The notes below the pieces were generated by a model. That model saw nothing but the letters and a program-made list of their open reading frames with translations. It made no database searches and was not told where the DNA came from. A DNA stretch of 63,841 bases, the filler included, from Reticulomyxa filosa (taxonomy: Eukaryota; Protista; Foraminifera): the NCBI GenBank assembly GCA_000512085.1. It is 10 parts of 10 records of this genome, joined end to end, with 100 filler letters (N's around TTAATTAATTAA, not from the genome) between each part and the next. Parts side by side here need not be neighbours in the genome. Positions count along the whole stretch, not along the records: positions 48,898 to 53,162 come from ASPP01001668.1; positions 53,263 to 61,759 come from ASPP01009134.1; positions 61,860 to 63,841 come from ASPP01026973.1; 7 more parts are not named here. The stretch is one strand, 5' to 3'. The stretch's first letter is position 1. Every line of letters begins with the position of its first letter. Below are positions 52,121-63,841 of this stretch, one piece after another. The translations under genes were made by a program, and so were the position numbers.

Positions 52121-52844
52121 TAGATCGTTTGATGATATAAAAATAATTTTATTAAAGATTATTGTATTTACTTAAGTTTGTGTAAAACATTAGATTCTAT
52201 TTTGTTGAGAGTAAATAGTCGATGAATGAAAATAAGTTTTATTGAATATACTTCATCCAAAGAATGAAAGTGATGTCGTTTATCGATGATTTCATAATAA
52301 AAAAAAAAGTGGATGTTTTCTATTCAATAAAAGCAATTACAATATGATCATTAATGAAGAGCAGGAACAAAGTGAAAGGTGATAGTAAATATCAGGTTTA
52401 CAATAGAATAGCAGTTGAATAAGAACTTATTGCAAAATTAAATATTCATACTATTCAAACAGGAGAATTTTTTCGCCGTGATGCATCCATTAATCATTTG
52501 TTTTCAATTCAACAGAACAAGTTCATTTTTATCAATTTTATAAGTCCAAATTTCCAAAACTTATTAAGATTTCAAAGAAATTAATAAGAAATTAGTTCAA
52601 TTCTATTTTGATATTAATATGTTTTATTGTCAAATCAGCCATTCTTTGCTCCTGTTTGTTACACTGAACATCCATTTTGAAGGATACTCATTTTTTTGTT
52701 TGCTTAAACTTAAGTATTTGAATTTGAAATAAAAACATCTTTTTCAATTGAAAGTTACTTTTAAAATTCAGTTCGTTTTAATATTTTTAACTGAAAAATT
52801 CTTCTCAATTAATTCATTCAAAGTCAAATCAGCAAATCATATGT

Positions 52845-53162
52845 TCATTGTCCCCAAATACAAATCAAACCACTATACAAACCATAACACAAATTAATAT
52901 CACAACAAATATTATCATTACTTTTTCTATTCTTTTCATTCTTTTTTAATTGTAAAAACTTCAAACACAATATTCCACTATCTTCTTTAATCACACACAA
53001 TTCATTTTTATTTGATCGAATATCCCAAAAACGAATTGTATTATCCAATGATCCAGAACATATCACATTTGAATTACCAATACTATTCTTTATTACAAAT
53101 GGTGAATATTTAACAGACAATACTTGATCTGTATGTCCATTGAACACTTGAATTTGTTCACC
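52845..53162 (-). CDS. WD40-repeat protein, 3' end only
   Basis: FNGHTDQVLSVKYSPF...ICSGSLDNTIRFWDIRSNK...ICIWGQ*. Confidence 0.85.
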   Translation of the reverse strand, partial: GEQIQVFNGHTDQVLSVKYSPFVIKNSIGNSNVICSGSLDNTIRFWDIRSNKNELCVIKEDSGILCLKFLQLKKNEKNRKSNDNICCDINLCYGLYSGLICIWGQ

Positions 53163-53381
53163 NNNNNNNNNNNNNNNNNNNNNNNNNNNNNNNNNNNNNN
53201 NNNNNNTTAATTAATTAANNNNNNNNNNNNNNNNNNNNNNNNNNNNNNNNNNNNNNNNNNNNAAAAACAAACGAACATGCATATAAACATATACATATAC
53301 ATATACAAATATTTACAAACATATGCATATACGCAAACTTCAAAACGTATACATTTTGTTGAAATTAAAAAAAAAAAATAG

Positions 53382-53983
53382 ATGAACACAAAAAGATAAC
53401 ATGGAAGTCAAAGTTTCGAGTCATAATAGACATCAATTGCTTTTTATGGCAATTGAAAGATCAAGCTCGACAAGAAATGCACATCAATGATGGCGATATA
53501 ACATTGGGAATGTATCGTCGTCACAATGAGACAAGCGACGAGTTTGGATTCCAACCTTTGGACGATGACCATTGCAAGTTGAAGCATTACTATATTCATG
53601 ACGATAATACTGTCCGTGTGAGAGTACGACCTTGTAAAGGCAATATGTTAGGATTTAGTAGACAACCTATTGCATCTCCAAGACGAATGAATGAAACCCA
53701 AGGCAATGTCAACAATGTTGTCACTTCAAATTTGTTACGATCTATTCCGTCCATCGACAATCTTAAACGTGACAACGTGGACATTGATGGCTCAGAGAAA
53801 AAAGAAGTGGCTGGAGCAAGTGTCGCTGCTCCTACTACTTCATCTGTTGATGGTGATGATGGGTTTGTGTATTTATGTGATTGTAACGAGGACACTCCTA
53901 CAGGAGATCAATGTATTATTGCTAATGGAAATGACTTTTCTCCCACAAGCAAATATAGTAGTACCACTCCCAGCATTTTATAA
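53382..53983 (+). CDS. Last exon of a gene with a possible ubiquitin-like domain
   Basis: QLKDQARQEMHI...LDDDHCKLKHYYIHDDNTVRVRV has a Ubl-like pattern. Frameshift in a T-run at ~53445. Confidence 0.45.
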
Positions 53984-54828
53984 AATGCTTCCTCCTCTCT
54001 TTTTTTTTTCTTCGAATTTGGTTTGGTTTGGTTTTTTTTTTTTTAAAGTAAAAAGGCAATGGTTCTGCCATTGTGCTATTTGTGAGTGAGTACAATTAAT
54101 CACTTCAATTTTTTCTTTTTTCCATCTTTTTTACTTTTTTTCTTTATTTTGTCTCTATGTTTCTTTCTGGCTCGGGTGGGAATTGTCATTGTTTGGCTTG
54201 GGAACGTTTCTGTACTTTTTTTAAGTGAAAGTCAGGCTGCAAAAGCTTTTGTGGTAACTGTGTCCATCTGCAGACCAATTGAATAATTGAACGGGATGTA
54301 GTTTGTGTTGGGGATTGATGAAATTTTTATATACAATTCATATAACAAGTATCACCTAAGTTGCATTCAAAAATATGCCTCGAAGTAAAATTATGCAAAA
54401 GTCTGCACCAAGAACGAATGCAAGGAAAAGAGCATTTCAAATTTTCTACATGTTGCTGTAAAAAAGCAAGTTGAAATTGAAGAGAAAAAAAGGCTTTGTT
54501 ATTTCAAACAAAGTTTGACTGGTTGAACAGTTTACCACACACACTGAGGTTTGCAAAAACATAAGGAGGTCCCTACAAAACAAAAGCATATGTTCTTGCA
54601 CACAAGCCCAAAAAGGGAAGGGATGTGGGAGGAAAGGAAGAAAAAAAAAACCTCCAAAAGACAAGCCCATACACTGCTTGTATGATAGATATAAAAAGGA
54701 CTCTTTCAACAACCAGCACACTGATCAAACAGAAAAAAAAAAAAGGGAGATAAAGCAAAAAAAAAAGACAGTATAAACATCAAGACACATTTTGACACTG
54801 AAAAACATACAAAAGTATTTTACTGGTG

Positions 54829-56383
54829 TCAGAACGTAGTGGGGAGTCTTCCTATCTGACGAAGCATCTCTCGTAGCATATTAATCTCTTGCGAGGTAGA
54901 TGCAATTAATGCAATTTTTGAATCTGTCAACATTTTGTATTGAATCTCGACTTTGTTCAAATCCTATGTAATTTTTGTGTTATTTATGTTTCGTTTTGAG
55001 AGAGATATACGTAAGTATCATAAAAATATTTGTTTGGATTTAAAAAAAAGAAAAGCAAAACTTGTTTCAATCCTTCAACATCTCCTTTCAGTCTGAGCGC
55101 TTCATTTTTAAGTTGTTCTTCTTCACTTCGAGTTCTTTCTTCAAATTGTTTCTTTACTTCAAATTCCACGTTGGCTTTAACTTCGGCATAGACCTCTTCT
55201 TTTAGTGTTTTTCGTAATTCTTCTCTCATTTGCATTTCTTTTTTTTTCCATTCTTTTTCTCTTTCTGTTTCTCGTTCTCGCTCTCTTTCTCTTTCCCTTT
55301 CTAACTCTTTTTCTTTTTCTAACTCTTTTTCTTTTCTAACTCTTTTTCTTTTTCCTTTTCTTTTTCTTCGTTTTCTTTCTCTTGTTCACTTTGGGCCACT
55401 TCATCAGCTCTGTCTTCTTCAATTTTTTTTTTTTCTTTGGTTGGATTTGTTTCATCAGTTGTCGGTAGCTGTTTCTAATTTTAAAAAAAAATGACAGGTC
55501 AATAATGGACAATAATAACAACAAAAAAAAGCAAAGCAAAAAAAAAAACAAACTTCATCATTGGATTCTTCTTTGAAGTGCAAATCTCGTGTTCTTGGTA
55601 CGTTTTCATTGTCAGAAATAGGTGTTGGTTCGGCGGACGATTGCCCGGCCAAGAAATCGAAGCTCAATGCCAAGGGAATACTTGTAGAAGGATGCGAGGT
55701 ATTGTGGCCACCATCGGGTGTCACAGATATCTTGTACTGAATGTTCTTGTCAGCAGCACTATCCGCTGGAGTCCTGTTTTTAGCGGTTATCATCAATGAC
55801 CTGACTGCTGGATAGATTGGTTTTTTAGATTGTTTCAACGTGTCATTTTCTTTTTCCTCTTCTTCTTCTTCGTCTTCTTTAATTACCGGAGTTTTGCCAA
55901 ATTCCTATCGTGTGCAAAACATGTACGTATACATTAATTATTTCGCAAACATTGATTTGTAATTGTTTACTGTAAACAAAAGCAAAACTTTCATTTCGGA
56001 AATGGGTTTGTAATCGTGATGCTGAGATACTCTTCTCGAAACAATACGACCATAATCACCAGTGATATAACTGGATCGTCGACTGTCCCATCCGTCTTCC
56101 AAGTCGTAATAAGCTCGAATAGCAAAGTAGTCTTCCTCAGGAGCACTCGCGACGGACAACGTGTCATCATCGTCGTCATCATCATCGTCGTCACTATATT
56201 GGATTCGAAACACATCACGCAACCCAAAGGAAGGGCCACGCTTGTGAGCTCTCTCTTTTTTCACGGCTGGATTGCCTGGCAGCTTTTTTGTTGGTCGATC
56301 ATACAAATCAAATATGTTCACAGCCATCAATGGCAAAAGAGCAAAAAAAGAAAGAAAAAAATGAATATATATATACATATATG

Positions 56384-56414
<31 letters not shown>

Positions 56415-57158
56415 TTGTATTGTTTGTAATGATGTAGTTTGGTAGGTATTTCAACTTTGGCCTGATCCGATTCACTCTCATTTGTTTTAGCTCCAGACTC
56501 AGGTGAAAAGCCTGGCACGGCTGTGTTATGAGGAGGTCTGAGAGCGATACTCGCGGCGCCAGTGCTGATAAATAAGTCACTCAAACCTCCAAATGATATT
56601 TCATTTTTCTTATGCGCTTTTATATATGCACAATACATAAACATATACATATATGTATATTATTATTATTATTGTTATTTTTGAGTATTTATATCGACCT
56701 TTACAATTGTAAAGTTTGTAAAAAAAAAAAAAAAATATTAACAAACAATTTTGAGTCGCCAAGAAATTGCTCTTTGAGATTTGCTCCAACAAGTTCTCTC
56801 CATCTGGTGACCAAGGATTGGTGGTGACCGTGTCGGATTCTGCTTCATCAAACAGCCGCGCGATGCCAATATACGACGGTTCGGGTTGGTTTTCGAGCAA
56901 GTTTTCGCTTTTGTCAGTCGATTCGTTCGGCGTCTCAAGCGACTCCGCATCAAACAGGTCCCCAACACCCCCATACGACAGCCTTCGGGCTACAAGTTTG
57001 CTGTTGTCAGTGGGTACATCCAAATGGACGTTGTCATTTAAAGGTACATCGCCGTTCAAATATTTCGACGGCGGGCGTAATTCAGATATCTATAAGATAG
57101 TATTATATATGTGTATATACATATTTATTTATTTTTGATATGATGTATGCATATATGC

Positions 57159-57194
<36 letters not shown>

Positions 57195-60045
57195 GAATTG
57201 AAACTTTGGTTATCATAGGTTGAAAGTCTTTGACAGAGCAAACTTGATGCAAATTTTCCGCCTTTTGAAGCTGGGCAATGACATTGTGCCAAATGGACAG
57301 CATTTCGTCCCATTGCTTTTGGCATTCGAGCAGTGCATTATGGTATGTATCGCTTTGTTTGACTGCTTGTGTTTCACGCTCGCTTGCTTCTTTGAGCTGC
57401 GCCTGCACTTTTTCAATCTCTTCTTCTTTTGCCTTCAGCTTTTCGTGCAGCTCCTGGTTTTCTTGCCGCAGTTTCAGCAGCTCTTCCGAAGTGGAAGAAG
57501 GATTCCATCGCAACTGGGTAGCAGGAGGGTGTGTAACTGTCTCCCGTCCATCGCTATACATTGAAGTCACGTGTCCGACAGATATCGTCGCGGTATGTTC
57601 CAACGGAACATCATCTTCTGCCCCACTTTGTGTTTCTGCTTCGAGCTCCGATGGTAATCTCGTTACCTCTTCTTCTTTTGGTTCTTTTTTTTTTCATTGG
57701 CCGCGGATTTTTACATTTTTTTTTTTTTTTTTGCCCCGTGTACAGTTTGCATATTTTCATTATATATACGTAAAAAATATACATATACACACACACATAT
57801 ATATATACATGTATATATATATTATTTATATAATATATGTGATGATGAGAACTCAGACAACGAATCCAAGTACAATATACCTGCGGCCTGTGTTTCGGTT
57901 TCCTGTTATTATTGTATTTTGTTTTCGTTTTGGGCTGTTCTTATCGATTCAAGCACATTCACACATTACATGCAAGAAATGTATGTTGCGCTACACACCT
58001 TTTGCGTCTTTTCATTTTCGCTGTCTGGGTCACTTTCTTGGATGTGGTCTATCATCTTGCCGTCTACAGACGGTCTTTTCTTACTTTCCGTCGCCGTTTC
58101 TTTGACTATATCTTTGATTTGGTCTTGCATTTCATTATTTATCACAGACCCCTTTTATTTTTATTTTTATTGTTATTTTTATTGTTATTTTTATTTTTGT
58201 TTTTGTTTTAATCTTTTAACAATGCTAAATGCATTTTAAAAATAAAAATAAAAAAAAAAAAAATGTATGTATGTGTACGGATAAAAAAACTGAGTCCGGA
58301 TGTGCATGAAAGTAATTTTCAGTGGCCTCGTGTATATTCCATTTGGACTTGGTTAGATAGTCTATTGCATCTTGCGGATCCGCATTAGTGAGATTTAAAA
58401 ATTGTTTCAATGCGTCTCGTTCCTCTTTGCTGTAAGCATTGAACTTTATATCTTCCTAATCAATTATTTTATATTGTCGTTGTTGATTATTACACATGTA
58501 TACCTCATTTCTTCGCACGAATTTTTTTTGGCTTGTTTTTTTTTTTTTTTCCCTCCCTCTTGTGGTCCCCCCCCCCCCTTCCTCTTCTTCTCTTGTTATC
58601 TTTTCTGTCAATCCCGCCTTTTGTTCCCTTTTAACTGCTTCCATTAATGATCGATCCAATGCTGCATTAACTCGGTCGTCCGTTGTCATCCGACGGTGTT
58701 TCTAATTAAAAAAAATAATGAGGAGTAAAGTAATGTGGTAAAAGATACATTTAATGGTCTTTACAAAAAAAAAAAAAAAATCCAGTCATGTATACCTTAA
58801 TATATAATATACATACATGTATATATAAAACAATAATACATATATTTACACATGTGAAAAGCAAAAAGTGTAAACAAAAAAAAAAAAAAATAGCTTCCAA
58901 AATGAAATGAAATGAAACGAAACATACATCATCATCCAAATTGGACATATTTTGACTTGTCCTTGTGGTTGTTTTGGCCGGATAAATGATTTTGGCATCG
59001 GCAGGTTTCGGTTGTTGGCAAGCGTCGCAAAGATTGAGATCGATGGTATTTTCATAAGTGCATGCCGGACATGCCCAGGCCACTGGCGCAAACTCGTGCA
59101 GTTTTTCCTCTTCGTCTTCGTCTTTGTCTTCGTCTTCGTCGTTCGAGTCTTCGGACAGATCAAGGTTTTTCATTGTTGTGGCGTTGTCCTGTTTCTTCTC
59201 TGGTTCATTACTTTCAGGACTTTTTTCATTTTCTTTGTCAAAACGGTCCTTTGCTTCTTTCTTGTAGTTTAGAAATGAATATTATGTATACATATATATA
59301 CAATATATATATGTATGCATATGTAATAATGATGCGTGTGTTTTAAATGTATGCACATATACATATACATATATATATATATATATATATGTATATTTTA
59401 TTTATAAAAGTTATCAACTGCTACTGATTCCGATTCGCGAATTGCAATGGTCATTTTCTCATCTGTGTGGATTCGCTTGTGAGACGATGATCCCAAAATG
59501 CTCGTTTCTACACGGTACATTTCATTGTTTTTTGTGTCGACATAGTAAGGCTTCCCGTCTGGGTCTATTCTTTTTTCCCAACTCGCCTTTTTTTTTTTTT
59601 TTTTTTTGAATCAAACACATTTGCTGTTTGTAACAACCATTCGCTTTTCAATAACATTTGTCCATTTTATTTGTGAGTACATTGTTTGCATTTCTAATGA
59701 TTCGTATTTCATATATACATATGCTTATATTTAATTTTAACATATTTCATTCATTTTTTAAAATTGTAATGTTTTGTTTTCCTTCTTTTTTTTTTTTTTG
59801 TGGGGGAAGGGGCAGGAGGGAACTTTTACATTGTTTTCTCAACTGAGACGTTCTCAGGCGCAATTTTTTTAAACGCATTCCTGTGAGGTCAGAATTATTG
59901 TATACTAGCCAATTTTTAAGTTGCGTACGTACTTTCCACCTTACAACAAACACAAAATAAAATAAAAATGACTATACCCAAGAACGCTCTTCACACCAGC
60001 TAATGAAAAACCTCTGGTATGGCGTCTCTCATGATTTTCTGTCAT
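54829..60045 (-). CDS. Multi-exon protein with WW-like, UIM-like, RanBP2/NZF zinc finger, UBA-like and coiled-coil modules; 5' end uncertain
   Basis: WEKRIDPDGKPYYVD (~59580), DEKMTIAIRES and DDRVNAALDRSLME (UIM-like), WACPACTYEN...CDAC (NZF), LKQFLNLTNADPQDAIDYLTKSKWNIHEATENYF (UBA-like). Ends ...GRLPTTF*. Confidence 0.7.
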
Positions 60046-61165
60046 TATCAATTCGCTCAATAGCTTGAATTTTTTTTACTCGGTTTTTTCCTTCTTTTAT
60101 TTCTGTGCGGCTATCCACTTTTTAACAACGTTTTTTATATATTTGCAAGATTCAGCGTTCCTGGACAAGATATAACAAATTTTTTGCCATCTTTTGCATT
60201 TATTGTGAAATAATTATCTCTTTTTTTTCTTTTTGAAGCTTCAAAATTCAGCATTTTTGAAACAAAATTGACTTTTTGAGTACAAATGTAAGAGAAGGTT
60301 GGCTGTAAGATAATCTTTTTGATTTTTTAAAATAAGCAACATGACGGAAGATAAGTTAAGTACTATTGAATTACCACGTGACTTTAATCAAATTGTAATT
60401 GTAACATTATTTTTTTGAGGTGTGGCGTTGAAGATAACATATGAAACTGTATGAATGGGCTGTGTTTCTTTGAGCTTGTCACTGCTTCATTCTTTTTTTC
60501 AAAGACACTATAGATATGAAATAATACATTATAAAATAATTGAGAAAAATTAAATATATAATTCTTTTGAGAAATTGTCTGGAACATTGAAAAAACCTTT
60601 TGATATGATATTCTAATTTTTACATTTTCGTTTTCCATTTACAACATAGAAGAGAATTAGCACGTCAAAATGAATTAAAAAAGGAAGTAAAATACAAAAA
60701 AGGCTCGTCTGTGAGCACACTAGTTTTGTTGCGTACCCAACAAAAAAGGAAAACGTACAGCTATTTTTAGTTGGCTTTTTTGTCGTCCCTGCTAGATAGT
60801 ATGTCACATCATTTTTGCCTGGGTAAAAGAGCAAATGAAAATATTGATAACTTTTTTATTTCAGACTCAAAAGAAAGGGGGCACGAACTAGGAACACTTT
60901 GAAAGGAAGGCCCTATGTTACATATGGTTTAAAAAATTGTTGAACCTTACCAAAAAGAACGTAAGTTAGAATTTTAGTTCGTAACGTGGTTATTTTTTAT
61001 TGAATGCGTATTGAAATGTTTCTGTAAAAAGAGTAAAAAAGAAAGAATGGAAAAATTAACTAAGTGTTATGAAAGAATATATTTTCTTCCTTGAAAAGCA
61101 AACATGTTCGTTTTTTTTAAAACAGTTAAAAAGTGCGTTAGGAGAGTCGTCAAATCAAAAAGATA

Positions 61166-61710
61166 ATGTCTTCCTGGGAGGATTCTTCACAGTTTTTGAT
61201 TAAGACATTAACAAATTTAGACCAAGATTATCGAGCGTCAGCGGGGACTTATGCATCCAATGCATCAGATCTATTTCAAATGGTTGTTTTCAACCCCGTT
61301 GACTATGGAGAGGTAACCATGAACATAATCCAAGCCAACTGGCAATCAATAGTTCAAAGACGGGTAAGAAATGTGTTTCGATTGCAAAAAAAGATTGGTT
61401 TGTTGTGCTATGAGAGAAAAGAGGACTAAAGTTGAGGAAGGAAAAAAAATATCGTAAGTATGTATGTGTGTGATATATGGGAATTGAAAAGCGACCGCCA
61501 ATTAAGTCGTTGGAAACATCACCAACACACGACAACGTGCTATGGTCGTGCCAAGTTTAGAAGAGGAAAACACAGCAAACAAGTCAATCAGAATTGACTT
61601 CTTCCAAAAAGCAAAACAAAAAAAACTGAACAGGACGAAAATGGTAATTTTGCTCCTTATCCGTCACAATTCAGTAATCGGTTGGAAAATTTAAAATTGG
61701 GAGAGAAGGT
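61166..61710 (+). CDS. 5' exons of an unknown protein, truncated
   Basis: ORF MSSWEDSSQFLIKTL... with coding-like composition and a GT donor after VQRR. Confidence 0.45.
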
Positions 61711-61859
61711 TTGTTGTGAGAGGAAAGGGGGGGGGGGGAGAGAAAAAAAAAAAAAGAGTNNNNNNNNNNNNNNNNNNNNNNNNNNNNNNNNNNNNNNNNN
61801 NNNTTAATTAATTAANNNNNNNNNNNNNNNNNNNNNNNNNNNNNNNNNNNNNNNNNNNN

Positions 61860-62619
61860 TATTCATATTCATATTCGTATTCGTATTCGTGTTTGTGATA
61901 GTGTTCGGGTTTGCAGTGATGGTCGTTAGGCCTTGGTTTTGCACTTGAGTTTGTGTCTGAGTCTGAATCTGAGTTTGAGTTTGGTTTTGGATTTGTGTTT
62001 GACCTTGGCCCATATTGACAAATTGATGAGCAATGGTTTGTGTTGTTGGTGACATTGGCAATCCCATTGTTGTGTAGCTCCAAGGAGAAGCAATTCCAGA
62101 CAATGGCGAATGAAAATCGGCTCCCCCCTTTTTTTTTTTTTTTTTTTTTTTTGGAATTAAAAAAAAAAGTACATACAAAGTGTAGCATGACTATCATCAT
62201 CGACAAAAAAAAAAAAAAAAAGATGTGTTACAAAACATGTGCCAGGGGAAACAATGGAAGCACCAGTGGGAGGATTCAAATTAGCGGAAGGCAAACCAGT
62301 GATCAAATGTGCAGTCATGGGCGAGCTCATCATGACAGTGCCTAGCATTCCTCCAGGCGTGCCCAATACCCCGCCGGGAGTGGTCAAAACCCCACCAGGA
62401 GTACCCAGCACCCCTCCAGGAGTATTCAAGACGCCTCCAGGGGTACCCAGCATCCCGCCGGGAGTGTTCAAGACCCCGCCAGGAGTACCTAGTAGTCCTC
62501 CCCCGGGTGTGTTCAAAATGCCTTCAGGCGAGCCTAATCCATGAGGCGATTGTACTTCACCTTTTTTTAAATTTTTTTTAATATGTGCATGAAAATAAAA
62601 TAAAAAAAATGTACCCCTC

Positions 62620-62663
<44 letters not shown>

Positions 62664-63798
62664 TAAATAGAAAATTAACCTCCAACAGATAATGGAGACA
62701 TTCCAGTAGCGGCATGTTTGGGCACAGCCAGGGTAGGGATTTGGAAATTGATGGCATTCAAATTGCCGTGTATGTTATCAACTTCGACGTTGGAACCCCA
62801 AAGTTGGCTGGGTGTTTGCACCTTGAGACCGATCATGGAAATGGGCATGTTCATGGGTATATTCATGTTTTGGAACATGGTGGGGTTATGACTCGGATTG
62901 AAATTGGCATTGGCCGTGGCGTTTGCAGTGACGACAGCAGTAGTGGCAGCAACAGCAGCGGCGGTCGCCGACGAAGACGCCGTGGTCAGGAGATTCGCAG
63001 ATGTGGGGATGGCGGAAGATGTGGTTGTGTTCGTTGGCAAGGACAAAGGAATGGATCCGGTATTGGTAACGTTGGTCAAAAGAAGTGGATTATTGGTAGC
63101 GATATTCGGAGATAACATTGGCGACGTCAGAGTCTTTGGGAAATCAAATCTCATAAAGATGAGCTTCAATTTGGTTCGGCCATTGGCGACGCCAGAATTC
63201 TGAACATCTGGCTTGAAGCCAATGGTAGCCAAGGAATTGCTGCCATTTCCATCGGGCCACGACACGGTGTATCCGTGGCAGTTGACGTTCCAATTGACCG
63301 ACGACACATCAAACATTGTTTGATGTGTGTATTGCTTGCTGCTTTTGTTGTCAATCAATGTTACATAAAACCTTCCTTTCGTTGTCGGAATGAATTGATA
63401 GAAATGATCCGCCGAATTCTCTTCTTTCCCTGGCACTCGCTCAAAGTTATGCACTACGTACTCGCGTCCATTTCGGTCCAAATACGACGTGATCGTGTGA
63501 GGCGTGGATATGTGAATGGACGCCAGGTCGTTCAATATCTGACACACTCGCATTTTTATTCGAAACGTCCGTTGGGGCTTGTCACCCACCGTGGGCATCG
63601 TATTCGTCAATGGTATCGTCGACATCATCACATGTCGGTTGAACTGCGACGGCGCGTGCGATTTGTTTATTTGCAACGGATCCTTCAACTTCTCGATGCA
63701 TGACAGATGCACCGCATGTGTGCAATGGTAAAACAGGCAGCGCACTCGCACAAACGGCTCGCGACGTTGTACGTTACCTGGTTTGAAACATACTAAGC
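61860..63798 (-). CDS. Internal exons of a protein with a PHD/RING-like Cys/His motif, an unknown globular domain and a low-complexity tail
   Basis: LVCFKPG...VRCLFYHCTHAVHLSCIE, a long ORF 62675-63751, then TPGG and QT/NT repeat exons. Confidence 0.6.
62338..62537 (-). repeat. Coding 21-bp (heptapeptide) tandem repeat TPGG[VM]L[GNT]
   Basis: NTPGGGLLGTPGGVLNTPGGMLGTPGGVLNTPGGVLGTPGGVLTTPGGVLGTPGGMLGT contains eight TPGG units. Confidence 0.9.
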
Positions 63799-63801
63799 TA
63801 C

Positions 63802-63841
<40 letters not shown>

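Noticed and set aside
22575-61859. Recurrent palindrome TTAATTAATTAA as a biological motif; gene clusters spanning contigs
   Set aside because: It is always centred in 44+44 Ns, so it is an assembly linker. Cross-spacer neighbourhoods cannot be used as evidence.
62338-62537. CRISPR array or structural RNA gene
   Set aside because: The repeats are contiguous coding heptads without spacers. No tRNA, rRNA or CRISPR pattern was recognised anywhere in the window by eye.

Overview
AT-rich, intron-containing eukaryotic DNA. It is most likely the foraminiferan Reticulomyxa filosa or a close relative; this is inferred from the RING/TRAF-like + WD40 family, the HEAT-repeat relics and the homopolymer-rich introns, not from a database search. 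The window is not contiguous: ten contig pieces are joined by nine identical 100-bp spacers (N44-TTAATTAATTAA-N44), so adjacency across spacers is unproven. Recognisable genes: an orphan 7TM protein, a PLK4-like kinase with a cryptic polo box, anoctamin/TMEM16, CEP83, PUS1, a degenerate GBP-like GTPase, a 7TM-RGS, a Cys/His-rich vWA protein, DGAT2, dynein-1 light intermediate chain, a large USP, a GT-A glycosyltransferase, a RING/TRAF-WD40 protein and a multi-ubiquitin-binding protein. There are also WD40 and HEAT pseudogenes, a TA-flanked MITE and a Tc1-type transposase relic. The best candidate for an undescribed system is the gene at ~36.7-39.7 kb, which appears to fuse cold-shock-like OB repeats, a Schlafen/AlbA_2 domain and a dsRNA-binding domain, a possible dsRNA-triggered RNase. 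Second is the intron architecture: U-rich 5' ends, poly-A instead of polypyrimidine 3' ends, and internal hairpins. Exon boundaries and domain calls were made by eye. Many single-base frameshifts lie in homopolymers and are probably sequencing errors.
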